64,000 nucleotides of DNA from Planctomycetota bacterium (GTDB lineage: Bacteria; Planctomycetota; UBA8108; UBA1146; JAJFFE01), in assembly GCA_050246115.1 (NCBI GenBank), contig JBFWWP010000032.1, forward strand, positions 1,078-65,077, written 5' to 3'. Shown here piece by piece: positions 37,521 through 46,525 of this stretch. Within the stretch, counting starts at the first letter, position 1, and each line of letters opens with the position of its first letter. Under the pieces are notes generated by a model that was not told where the DNA came from, made no database searches, and saw nothing but the letters and a program-made list of their open reading frames with translations. The position numbers were made by a program, and so were the translations under genes.

Positions 37521-38146
37521 GCGGAGTTCATTCCGTGGTTTGGCTCGGCAAGGGTTCGCAGCGCGCGGCCAAGGCGCTGCAGTGCGCGCGCGTAGCGCAA
37601 GCTCGCGGCGGGCTCCGACAACTCGAGCCGCTGCGCCACTTCTTGATTGGTCAGACCTTCGAAGTGCCGGAGCCCCAGCACTTCCCGATCCGAGTCGCCG
37701 AGACGGGCGAGTGCGGTCCGTAAACGAAGCGCGTGTTCCCGTTGTGCCAGGAGCACCGACGGAGAGTCGCCGCTGGCGGCCAGAGTCCCGACGGTCGCCT
37801 CGGAGTCACCCTCCCGGGCCCGACCCGCGAGTCGGGCCTCGCGCCGGACGTCGCGCTTGCGCCGGCCGAGGTGATGCCGGTGCACCTCCGCGATCTTCTG
37901 AAGGGCGAGGTAACGAACCCAAACCGAGAGCGAGACGCTGGGCTCTTGGGCTTCATAGCTCGGCAGGCGGGTCACGGCCTCGACGAAGATGTCCTGCACC
38001 ACGTCGGACGGGTCGACGCGTCCGCGGAGGCGTCGGTCGAGTCGGACAGCGACCATGCGCCGGATCCACGCGCGATGGGTTTCGAGGCGTTCGTACGCGT
38101 CGAGTCGTGCAGGTACGTTGGGCGTCGGCGCGGATTCGGCGCGCAT
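37517..38146 (-). CDS. ECF-type RNA polymerase sigma-70 factor, translationally coupled to the downstream Ser/Thr kinase
   Basis: Region 2 DVVQDIFVEAVTRLPSYE...VWVRYLALQKI. Region 4 DREVLGLRHFEGLTNQEVAQRLELSEPAASLRYARALQRL. Confidence 0.8.
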   Translation of the reverse strand: MRAESAPTPNVPARLDAYERLETHRAWIRRMVAVRLDRRLRGRVDPSDVVQDIFVEAVTRLPSYEAQEPSVSLSVWVRYLALQKIAEVHRHHLGRRKRDVRREARLAGRAREGDSEATVGTLAASGDSPSVLLAQREHALRLRTALARLGDSDREVLGLRHFEGLTNQEVAQRLELSEPAASLRYARALQRLGRALRTLAEPNHGMNSA

Positions 38147-38401
38147 GGCTCTCCAGTCGTTCGCTGGCCGGTGGGGTCCCTCGCACTCGGACGACCCAAT
38201 GGTAGCGGACGCGCGGCGAATCGGCTGCCCCCTGGCGCGTGGCGAGGGCTGAGCGCAGGTCCCGAGGACGAGTTCGAGATTCTCGGTTAATTCCTTCGGC
38301 GGCCGTCAGTACTACCGGGGTGGCGAATCGGCGAGTTCGGTGCCCCCGGCGAGCGCATTCGCTCCCGATTCAGCCCTCGGTCGAACGAAAGGACCCCTGC
38401 C

Positions 38402-39283
38402 ATGGACTACTCGATCCGGGCGACATTCCGGCTCGTCTTCGTGTCTGCGACTCTCTGCGGTGCGCTCGGCGCGCAGTCGATCAACGTGAACTTCGGAACG
38501 ACAGCGTTGCCCGTCGACTACGCCGGGGTCGGCCTGCCGGGCTTTTGGAACGTGACGAGCGGTGCGCAGGGGCCGGTCCATCCCTTGATGAGCCTGGCGG
38601 GACAGCCGACGTCCGTGAACTTCACGAACATCGGCGGCACCGCCCTCCTGACGCAAGCGAGCCCCGCCCCGGGTGTGGACGGAGACCTCATGACGCAGTA
38701 CCTCGTCACCCACAATCCCAACCTCGAGGTGTGCATCTTCTTTCACAACTTGCAGCCTGGCACCTATCTCGTGATTGCGTACACCTGGCTTCCCAATGCC
38801 AGCAGTCTGGTGAGTGTCGATCAGGCAGTGGGTCCGGACGAACTGGTAGGGGGCCCATGGCCCGGGGGGCTTGCCGAGGGACGAACTCACTCCGTGCGAG
38901 TGGCCCAGGTCACCAACGGCAACCTGGGGCTGCACTCGGGGGTGCCGCCGGGAGCCAGTCCGGTGGTGGCGGCACTCAACGGCGTGCAACTCGTGCTACT
39001 GCCCGTGTCGAACCCCTTCGTTCGGGGCGACGTCAATGGCGATGGGTCGCGCGACATCGGCGACGCCGTGGGTACGCTGCAGCACCTCTTCGGTGGGGTA
39101 CCGAGTTCGTGTCTGGATGCGCTCGACTTCAACGATGACGGCGCCGTGGACATCGGCGACGCCGTGGCGTTGCTCGCGAACTTGTTCCAAGGACAGCCGG
39201 GACCGACGCTCCCGAGTGTTGCCTGCGGACCCGACCCGTCGTTGGACCCGATCGGTTGCACGAGCACCGCGGCGTGCCCCTGA
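38402..39283 (+). CDS. Secreted protein with C-terminal dockerin-like module
   Basis: Signal MDYSIRATFRLVFVSATLCGALGAQS. C-terminus FVRGDVNGDGSRDIGDAVGTLQHLF ... LDFNDDGAVDIGDAVALLANLF ... CGPDPSLDPIGCTSTAACP. Confidence 0.6.
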   Translation: MDYSIRATFRLVFVSATLCGALGAQSINVNFGTTALPVDYAGVGLPGFWNVTSGAQGPVHPLMSLAGQPTSVNFTNIGGTALLTQASPAPGVDGDLMTQYLVTHNPNLEVCIFFHNLQPGTYLVIAYTWLPNASSLVSVDQAVGPDELVGGPWPGGLAEGRTHSVRVAQVTNGNLGLHSGVPPGASPVVAALNGVQLVLLPVSNPFVRGDVNGDGSRDIGDAVGTLQHLFGGVPSSCLDALDFNDDGAVDIGDAVALLANLFQGQPGPTLPSVACGPDPSLDPIGCTSTAACP

Positions 39284-39373
39284 TGGGACCTGTTCGCGGT
39301 CGAGTCCCGGCGCTGCTTGCGGCTCCGGGTCCCTGCCGAGCGTCCCGACGAGACACGCGCTGTGATCGATTCG

Positions 39374-42106
39374 TCAGCGGATCTCGAGCGAACGCGCAGC
39401 GATCGAGGCGGTGAGATCGTGCTCCATCAGCAGATAGGGCAGAACCTCGACGAGCCGACCGGAGAACGGAACGAGCGTCGCTTCATCGAGGCGCGAAGAG
39501 GCCGTGAGCGTCGGGGTCAGAGTCAGCTCGACCCGGCACTGGGTCGAGAGCCAGCCAAGAAACTGGCGTAGCGTCAGCCGGGACTCGACGGTGACGAACA
39601 GGTCGTTCGAGAAGCACGAGCTCAGGTCCAGTGGGTGATCGTCCGGAGCCAGAGCGCGGAGGCGAACCTCGACGGGCTGGCCATCCCTTGCAGCCGATAC
39701 GTTGCGCATCGTCGCGACATCGTGGTCTGGTGCCGCAACGGTGAGGTCGTAACGACCGGGCGGCAAGGTCAGCGCCAGAGAGTCTGCGGCTTGGTGGGTC
39801 GAGAGTGCGGGAGCGCCGAGTTCTGCGATGGTGGCTTGGGCAAAAGCTGCGGATATCGGCAAGCCGTCGTTCGATCGAAGTCGCAAGACGAGGTTCACGC
39901 GGGAACTCGGGACGTCGGCGATGGTGACGCTTCCGGCACCCTGGCCGTCGGCAATCTCGACCGGTTGTACGGCACACAGGACCACTTGGTCCCACTCTCC
40001 GGTCCGGTAGAGCAGTGCGAGATAGGAGCCTGCCGGAACATTTCTGGCGACGAACTCGCCGGCGACGTCGCAGCGCGATGTCACTTGCGGTTGCTCGCCC
40101 CGCCAGGATCGGGTGAGGCTGACCCAGCGAACCTGGTACTCGTCCGGATTCACACCCGGAGCCGGCAGCACTCGTCCACTCACCGTGTTTCCCAGCGGCA
40201 GGGGCAGGGTGAGCGCTGTCTCGCTGCCCGGCGTCACGACGACCGAACGACGAATCAGCGAGAACGGGCCGCGCCCGGCCTCGATCTCGTACGACGCTGG
40301 CGCCAGGTTGGCGAAGACCGTAGCACCTTCCAGCGAAGTCAGCCCGTGGCCGACAATGCGGGTTCCGGTGATGACCGTGACCTCGATCTCGGGCAATGGC
40401 TCGCCTGAGTTGGTATCGAGGACTGCGACGCTGACGGATCCGCCGCGGTTCAGCTCGAGGCGCAAGTGCTCGTCGCCGGCATTGGCTTCCATCTGGCCTG
40501 TTGTCCAACCTGGCGCCTTGGCGGCGACCAGCACTCGCCCTGCGGGCACTCCGTCGAGCCGAAAGCACCCGGCCGGATCGGCGGTGGTGGCGCGATCACC
40601 CTCGGCTAGCGCACTTGGCCCGTTGTGAGCGACGATGGTCACGACGGCTCCGGGAATCGGGTAGCCGTCTCCGAACACGCAGCCGCCGAGGAGCAACGCG
40701 GAAACCAAGGCAAGGTCGATCGACTCGGTTGCCTGTGCAGGAAGCTCGAACGAGATCGACCGGCGCGGCGCATAGCCGAGGGCCGAGGCTTGCACTTGGT
40801 GCCGTGGGCCGTTGCCTTCGAGGAGGAGCATTGATCCGCCCAGTGTGACGAGCGCGTCGCCGTCACGTTCAGCCTGCATCCCCGCTTCGCTCTCCGGCGA
40901 TGGGCTGGTCGTAGACCCATCGGCAGGAGTTCCAGGGTTCGAGCTTGCGGGCGGAACCGCAAGTTCCGGCCGTGCAAAGAACGCATAGAACCCGTCCGTG
41001 TCGGAAACCGTCGCGGCGACGCGAACGAGCGAGGTCGAGGCCTCGGGGTTCTCGCCGTCGGCGTCCGCGGGTTGCTCGCCGAGGAGTTCCACGACGGCGC
41101 CAGCGATCGGATGACCGACGGGATCCACGACGCGGCCGGCGACACTTGGGACCTGCGCCACTTCGGATGCCGCCGGCGTGCTCGGGGCGAACCGCGACTC
41201 GGACGCAGTCTGGGCTCCCGTGGAGGCGACGGTGTCTGGCAGTGGGCGTGGCATCCCGCTCGCGTTGGCGGTCTCGGCGGTGACGTCACTCGCGCCGTTG
41301 GCCAGCGACGGTGGCTTCGGGTCGTTCGCAGCCGTGTCACCCGAGGAGGAGTAGACGGTCAGGATTACGCCGGGGCCGAGCACGACGCAGAGGAGCAGCA
41401 CTGCCCACTGACGCGCGCCGATCCCCGCACTCAGGCTCGCGTTCGACGTGGGCGCGAGAAGCGGGGCTTCGAACGCAGCATCGACTGCGGCATGGAGTCT
41501 GGCGGCGAGCGCGGTCGGCTCGGGGATGCGAGCGGGTCGCGCCAGCCAGTGCTCCAACTCGCAGAGGGATGTGGGCGCTAGACCGAGTGCGGCGGCCGGC
41601 CCCAGGAGTTCGCGCAGCCGTTCCTTGGCAGTCGCAATGCGCCGGGCAACGGTGCCTTCCGGGCAGCCCAGCGTGACGGCGATCTCGCGATACTTGAGGC
41701 CTTCGTGATAGTGAAGGACCAGCGGCATGCGAAGGGTGTCCGGCAGTTCGGCGAGCGCAGTGACCAGGGCTCGATTCGTCATCTCGACCTCCGCATCCGA
41801 TTCCGGGTTGGCGCGCGTGTCGGGCTCGACCGGCGCCAAGGCCTCCCGACGACGCCGACGTGTATCGTCGCGTCGCGCGCTGCGGGCAGCGTTCAACGTG
41901 ACCCGCACCAGCCACGGTGTGAGCGTCTGAATCGGCGGCGAATCGGTGCGGCTGCGGACGAGGCGGAGGAACACTTCCTGCGCCACATCTTCGGCGTCTT
42001 CCGCGTTTCCCAGCGCGCGATACGCCACCCGGTAAACGAGTCCACGGTGGCTCTCGACCGCCGCGTGGACGAACTGGCGAAACGACTCCGTGCTGGCGTG
42101 GGACAT
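39374..42106 (-). CDS. ECF sigma factor fused to a transmembrane helix and a large extracytoplasmic domain with carboxypeptidase-regulatory-like beta-sandwich repeats (single-polypeptide sigma/anti-sigma-like protein)
   Basis: N-terminal sigma regions 2 and 4 (DVAQEVFLRLV...; LVLHYHEGLKYREIAVTLGCPEGTVARRIATAKERL). Hydrophobic helix QWAVLLLCVVLGPGVILTV at about aa 225-245. Then a ~650-aa periplasmic region with GRVVDPVGHPIAGAVVEL-type repeats. Confidence 0.7.
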   Translation of the reverse strand: MSHASTESFRQFVHAAVESHRGLVYRVAYRALGNAEDAEDVAQEVFLRLVRSRTDSPPIQTLTPWLVRVTLNAARSARRDDTRRRRREALAPVEPDTRANPESDAEVEMTNRALVTALAELPDTLRMPLVLHYHEGLKYREIAVTLGCPEGTVARRIATAKERLRELLGPAAALGLAPTSLCELEHWLARPARIPEPTALAARLHAAVDAAFEAPLLAPTSNASLSAGIGARQWAVLLLCVVLGPGVILTVYSSSGDTAANDPKPPSLANGASDVTAETANASGMPRPLPDTVASTGAQTASESRFAPSTPAASEVAQVPSVAGRVVDPVGHPIAGAVVELLGEQPADADGENPEASTSLVRVAATVSDTDGFYAFFARPELAVPPASSNPGTPADGSTTSPSPESEAGMQAERDGDALVTLGGSMLLLEGNGPRHQVQASALGYAPRRSISFELPAQATESIDLALVSALLLGGCVFGDGYPIPGAVVTIVAHNGPSALAEGDRATTADPAGCFRLDGVPAGRVLVAAKAPGWTTGQMEANAGDEHLRLELNRGGSVSVAVLDTNSGEPLPEIEVTVITGTRIVGHGLTSLEGATVFANLAPASYEIEAGRGPFSLIRRSVVVTPGSETALTLPLPLGNTVSGRVLPAPGVNPDEYQVRWVSLTRSWRGEQPQVTSRCDVAGEFVARNVPAGSYLALLYRTGEWDQVVLCAVQPVEIADGQGAGSVTIADVPSSRVNLVLRLRSNDGLPISAAFAQATIAELGAPALSTHQAADSLALTLPPGRYDLTVAAPDHDVATMRNVSAARDGQPVEVRLRALAPDDHPLDLSSCFSNDLFVTVESRLTLRQFLGWLSTQCRVELTLTPTLTASSRLDEATLVPFSGRLVEVLPYLLMEHDLTASIAARSLEIR

Positions 42107-42232
42107 GCCGAATTCCGTTCTGGACCAGGCGCTCGAGCGCGAGCCGAGCGATCGTCGGGCGGGCTGCTACCGGGGATCGGGCACGCGGCAGTTTCGACCC
42201 TCCATCGACCCTGCCGCGTGCAGTGGCAGTAG

Positions 42233-42805
42233 CTACTGCTCGCTGCCACCTTCGATGATCTCACCGACTCCCGTGGTCTCGCCACCGGCATACGCCGGTA
42301 CCTTGCCGGTGTCGACCATCGCCTGAGCCTCTTGGATCTCGCGCTGCGCTCGCACCAGGGCCATCAGCACGAGAGTGTTGACCTCCGCCGCCGGCTTCCC
42401 CTTCTCGAGCTTGCTCAGAGCGACCCCGAGTTGTTTCACTTGGGCTTTGAAGTCGGCCAAGGTGAGAGGATACAGCCCGGCTTCGCCCAAAGCGCCGAGA
42501 ACGGCGTCGATTCGCAGCTGCACCTTCTCGTTCTCGTGACGCCGCATCTGGGTGAGGGCATGGATGACTTCGACGCGATCGACGCCCCGCGCGCGCTCGA
42601 GCAGCTTGCCCTTGGCCTCCGTCCAGTTGTCGTCCTTCAGTTGGAAGACCAGTGGATAGACGCCGTCTTCCTCGACGAGCACGAGCGCGGTCCCGTCCTG
42701 TCCCCCTTCGATGATGATTTGCCCTTGGGTAGGCCCGGCTCCCACCATCAGCACCCAGCCCAGCGCGAACGAGACCAGAACCGACCAAGCAAACACGCGT
42801 ACCAT
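42233..42805 (-). CDS. Hypothetical secreted protein
   Basis: AAAGGAG SD then ATG at 42805. Signal MVRVFAWSVLVSFALGWVLMVGAG. Helical, Lys/Glu-rich, no known domain. Confidence 0.5.
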   Translation of the reverse strand: MVRVFAWSVLVSFALGWVLMVGAGPTQGQIIIEGGQDGTALVLVEEDGVYPLVFQLKDDNWTEAKGKLLERARGVDRVEVIHALTQMRRHENEKVQLRIDAVLGALGEAGLYPLTLADFKAQVKQLGVALSKLEKGKPAAEVNTLVLMALVRAQREIQEAQAMVDTGKVPAYAGGETTGVGEIIEGGSEQ

Positions 42806-43102
42806 CGGAACTCCTTTCGTTGGGTCCACCCTGTAGACTCCGCGGACGGAGTTTTCTTCGCTCGGGATCGAGATCATGGGCGTTCTGGTCGAGGCCGTTC
42901 GCGGGGAGGCCGGGCCGAGGTCAACGGTGACTTGGGCGCGGAGGGGCAACCGGGCTCCCGGGGTGGGGGCGCGAGCGCGAGGCCGAATCTTCGGGCCGGC
43001 CTCCCGAGCCGGCCGATGTGTGGGGAATGGCAAGGCGTGGGACCGGCGGCAGCGACGCCGTAGTGACCGGCTTGGCGGAGGCCGCGTTACCGGTCGGCAG
43101 CC

Positions 43103-43681
43103 CTACGAGGCGTACTCCCGCTTCAGGTGATCCACGGACTCCCGAATGAGGGTCGCCAGGGTGGGCTGGTCGATGTCGGCGAGCGACTTCACGTACAAGC
43201 ACGACTTCCCGGTCTTGTGCTTGCCGAGTCGGCTCATGAGCGCCGGGTAACGCGCAAAGCCCGACATGATGTAGATGGTCAGGTTCTGCTTGCGCGGCGA
43301 GAATCCGGTGAAGAACCAGTCAACTTCGCGGCCGCTGTCGTAGGTCATCGAGAAGGCGCCGAAGCCGACGATACTGGTGCCATACATGAACGGTCGCTCG
43401 CCGGTCAGCTCTTGCATGAGCTTCAGGAGCGTATGCGAGTCCTGTCGTTGCGCTGGATCCGGGATGGAAGCCAAGAAGTCGTGGACGCTCGCGCTCGTCT
43501 TCTGCGTCTTGTTGGTGTTCTTGGCGACCTTCTTTGCTTTTTTTGTCTTCTTTGCCACCTGCTTGCGGGTGGACCCGGTCAGGGTGCGCGCCGAAGCGGA
43601 AGTCTTGGTCGACGTCTTCGCCGCGCTCTTCGCCGTGCTCGCAACCTTCTTACCGCGTCGGGTCTTTGCCGTCTTGGCCAC
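43103..43681 (-). CDS. DUF1801 (YdhG-like) domain protein with lysine-rich histone-H1-like N-terminal tail
   Basis: N-terminus AKTAKTRRGKKVASTAKSAAKTSTK...KKTKKAKKVAKN. DUF1801-like core DFLASIPDPAQRQDSHTLLKLMQELTGE...IVGFG...GFSPRKQNLTIYI. Confidence 0.55.
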   Translation of the reverse strand: MAKTAKTRRGKKVASTAKSAAKTSTKTSASARTLTGSTRKQVAKKTKKAKKVAKNTNKTQKTSASVHDFLASIPDPAQRQDSHTLLKLMQELTGERPFMYGTSIVGFGAFSMTYDSGREVDWFFTGFSPRKQNLTIYIMSGFARYPALMSRLGKHKTGKSCLYVKSLADIDQPTLATLIRESVDHLKREYAS

Positions 43682-43862
43682 CGTTCACACCTCGCGTCGT
43701 GTTCTGTTGACCGGGCAATGGGCCGAGCCCATCGGCCCGTGAGGGTCGCCGGGGCGTGGCGTGGCGCGCAAACACTCGCTCCCTCGGCCGACGAGGGGGA
43801 GGGCGCGTGCCCCCGCGCGTCAGGCTAGCGTGGCGATCCGCCGGTCGTCAACGCGTCGCGGC

Positions 43863-45293
43863 TCAGGTCTTCGCCAGCACTGCCCTTTGCGACGGCGCAT
43901 GACCGAGCGCCGAGCCGCGGTCCGTGAACGGCGGGCGCGAAGGTCCAGGGTCGACGTCGGTGCGGCCCTTCCGCTCCTGGATCAGCCGATCCAAGAGCGT
44001 CACCACGGCCTGCGACGCCAGTTCCATCTGCTCGAACCGTTGCTCCGCTTCCTCACGGCGGCCTTCGGTGTGGGCCTTGGCTGCCTCGCGACCGAATCGA
44101 TGGACCTGAGCGTGCGGCTCCGCGAGGGCTTGGAAGTCGGGATTGTGCACGAACCAAGAGTCACGAAGCGAGTCGTACCACTTGCCGAGCCGGCATTGGT
44201 GGTGATCGGCCAGTTCCTCGTAGCGCAGGTTCGTGCGGCCGACGAACAGCTCGGCGAGCCGCTTCTTCCAGATGAAGTGATCGGACTTGGCTCGGAAGAG
44301 GACGTAGTCGGGGATCTCCATCGCTTCGAGTAGCTTGAACTGTTCTTCGACGAGGCACTCCGTGGCTCCCACGACGGCGAGCGTTCGGTGGGTGCGGTGT
44401 CGATTGCGGCTCGAGAGTTCGGCCACGGTGGCGGTCCCGGATCCGATTTCCTCGACGGCTTGGGTCTGCTCGGACAGCATCGATGCGACCTGCGCCATGC
44501 GGGTGGACACGACGGAAGCGTCCTCGCTGATCCTCTGAACTTCCGCCTGCGCTGCGGCGGCAGCGGCCTTGCCGGCCTCCACCTCGCGGGTCACTTCGGA
44601 GACCGATTGGGATAGCGCGACGATCTCGGTGGTGACGACCTGAATGCGCTTGCGAATGTCCTCCGTCGCGGACGATGTCTGCTGTGCGAGCTTCTTGACT
44701 TCATCGGCGACGATGGCGAAGCCGGCTCCGTGCGCGCCCGCCCGCGCCGCTTCGATCGTCGCGTTGAGGGCGAGCAAGTTGGTCTGGCGAGCGATGGCGT
44801 CGATCGTGTCGACGATCCCCGAGATCTGGCGAGAAGCGCTCGAAAGCGTCTGCGCGCGAATCTCGACCATTGCGACCACGTCATTGAAGTGGTCCATGCG
44901 CTCGACGACGTCCTCCATTCTCGACACGCCTTCGCTCGCCGCATCTTTCGAGGCCGTGGCGAGGTCGGACGCCGACCTGCTGGCTTCGGTCAGGCTGCCG
45001 ATCGAGGCGGTGAGCTGTTCGATGGCGGCAGCCATGGCTTGGGTCCGTTGATCGGTCACTTCCAGGATGCTCGACATTTGAGCGACGGCAGTCATGGCCT
45101 CGCTCGCGTTCATGGAGAACCGTACGGTGCGATCCAGGCTGTCGCGCGCTTCTGCCGCGAGCGACAGTCCGAGTTCCCGAATGGCGCAGGAGAGTGGATC
45201 TTCGCCGGTCGGGAGGCACGAGAAGTCGCGGACCAGTAGAGACTGAGCGGCAGCGATCAACGGGTCGGGGTTGGTCATGGATGTCCTGATCAT
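43863..45293 (-). CDS. Soluble methyl-accepting chemotaxis protein with C-terminal CZB (chemoreceptor zinc-binding) domain
   Basis: MCP core [36 protein letters not shown] motif [12 protein letters not shown]...H at the C-terminus. No transmembrane helix. Start ATG 45293 (or 45278). Confidence 0.8.
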   Translation of the reverse strand: MIRTSMTNPDPLIAAAQSLLVRDFSCLPTGEDPLSCAIRELGLSLAAEARDSLDRTVRFSMNASEAMTAVAQMSSILEVTDQRTQAMAAAIEQLTASIGSLTEASRSASDLATASKDAASEGVSRMEDVVERMDHFNDVVAMVEIRAQTLSSASRQISGIVDTIDAIARQTNLLALNATIEAARAGAHGAGFAIVADEVKKLAQQTSSATEDIRKRIQVVTTEIVALSQSVSEVTREVEAGKAAAAAAQAEVQRISEDASVVSTRMAQVASMLSEQTQAVEEIGSGTATVAELSSRNRHRTHRTLAVVGATECLVEEQFKLLEAMEIPDYVLFRAKSDHFIWKKRLAELFVGRTNLRYEELADHHQCRLGKWYDSLRDSWFVHNPDFQALAEPHAQVHRFGREAAKAHTEGRREEAEQRFEQMELASQAVVTLLDRLIQERKGRTDVDPGPSRPPFTDRGSALGHAPSQRAVLAKT

Positions 45294-45502
45294 CGAGCGG
45301 GCCCCTCCCGAGTCGTGTATCGACCCTCCGGGCTCTCGCGCCTTCGCGCTTTGTGCGGGGCCCGTGACAGTGACTAGGTAAGTTGATTTCCCGTTGCGAC
45401 TTGAGTAAGTGACCGCACCCCGGCCCAGGCGGCTTTCGCGGATCCTTGGGAACGGCTCCGAGTCCCACCCGACGGTACGCGTCCCGGTAGCCACCGTGAC
45501 CG

Positions 45503-45557
45503 CGGAGGTCGAGCGGAGGTCGAGCGGAGGTCGAGCGGAGGTCGAGCGAAGGTCGAG
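45503..45557. repeat. 11-bp tandem repeat (CGGAGGTCGAG)x5 in a divergent intergenic region
   Basis: Directly visible: cggaggtcgag x4 plus one variant cgaaggtcgag, between the CZB chemoreceptor start (45293, minus) and the next gene start (45686, plus). Confidence 0.8.
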
Positions 45558-45685
45558 GGGTGGGCAGGGCCGGTCGCGGACTCAACGCCCACCGGTTCAG
45601 AATCGACCGGCGACGTGCTAGAGTCAGCGGCGCCAGGCGCGCGCGTAGCGCCCCCTCGATCACCCCCATCGGAAGGAAACACGAG

Positions 45686-46384
45686 ATGAAGGTGACCCCA
45701 ACCACTCGAGCGCTGGCCCTGATCGCTCTCCTCCTCGTCGCGACGCCCGCCTCCGGCTTCATTCGGGGCGACGTGGACGGGGGAGGAAGCGTGGATATCG
45801 GCGACGCGGTCGTTCTGCTCAACTCGTTGTTCGCACCCCAACCGCCGCAGGTCGCGTGCGCGGACTCCGCGGACACGAACGATGACGGAGCGGTGAATCT
45901 CGCTGACGCCATCTACTTGTTGGCGGCGCTGTTTCAGCCTTCCGCTCCGCCCATTCCTCCCCCGTACCCGAGCGATGGTATCGACCCGACTGCGGACCCA
46001 CTGCCACCCTGCGGTCCGCTGGGACTGCTGACCGTCGCAACGTTGTCCCAGGGTCCGGTCTCCGGGGACAGCACGCCGACGCAAGAGATCATCGTCGACG
46101 CGGTCGCCTGGAGTGCTTTCTGGGCGCAGCACTCGTCCGATCCGCAACCGTTCGTCGACTTCAGCACCGAGATGGTCGTCGCCATTCGCGAGGCGTTCGA
46201 TAACGCCGGCGTCACCATCAACATCGACGAGATCGAGGCGCTTGGAGCGACGCTCGAGATTCGCTATACGCTCACGCTTCCCGGTGTGCCACTTTCCCAG
46301 GCGGAGCAACCGCATCACTTCGTGCGTTGCCCGAAGGTGATTGCGCCGCCGGTCTGGGTGGCGACCGTCATCGCCTTGCCGTAG
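45686..46384 (+). CDS. Secreted protein with the dockerin-like module at the N-terminus, directly after the signal peptide
   Basis: GGAAGGAAAC SD-like then ATG 45686. Signal MKVTPTTRALALIALLLVATPASG. FIRGDVDGGGSVDIGDAVVLLNSLF ... CADSADTNDDGAVNLADAIYLLAALF ... PSDGIDPTADPLPPCGP. Confidence 0.6.
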   Translation: MKVTPTTRALALIALLLVATPASGFIRGDVDGGGSVDIGDAVVLLNSLFAPQPPQVACADSADTNDDGAVNLADAIYLLAALFQPSAPPIPPPYPSDGIDPTADPLPPCGPLGLLTVATLSQGPVSGDSTPTQEIIVDAVAWSAFWAQHSSDPQPFVDFSTEMVVAIREAFDNAGVTINIDEIEALGATLEIRYTLTLPGVPLSQAEQPHHFVRCPKVIAPPVWVATVIALP

Positions 46385-46525
46385 TCCAAGGATCTTCACC
46401 TCGGCGCGTCCGTCCGAGTTTGGGGGAGTCCAGGCCGAGTGGGTGCTAACCACGCGCGCACCCTCACGGTCGGCGGGCGCGTATCACCCCTGATGAGACC
46501 CGGTCCGATGTTCGAGGAGGATCGA

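Noticed and set aside
35503-37595. 412-aa minus and 451-aa plus ORFs overlapping the WD40 kinase gene
   Set aside because: Alternate frames / antisense of a gene with clear kinase and WD40 motifs. Compositionally biased.
39483-40568. 361-aa minus ORF and 257-aa plus ORF inside the sigma-fusion gene
   Set aside because: Alternate-frame artefacts. Arg-rich, no motifs.
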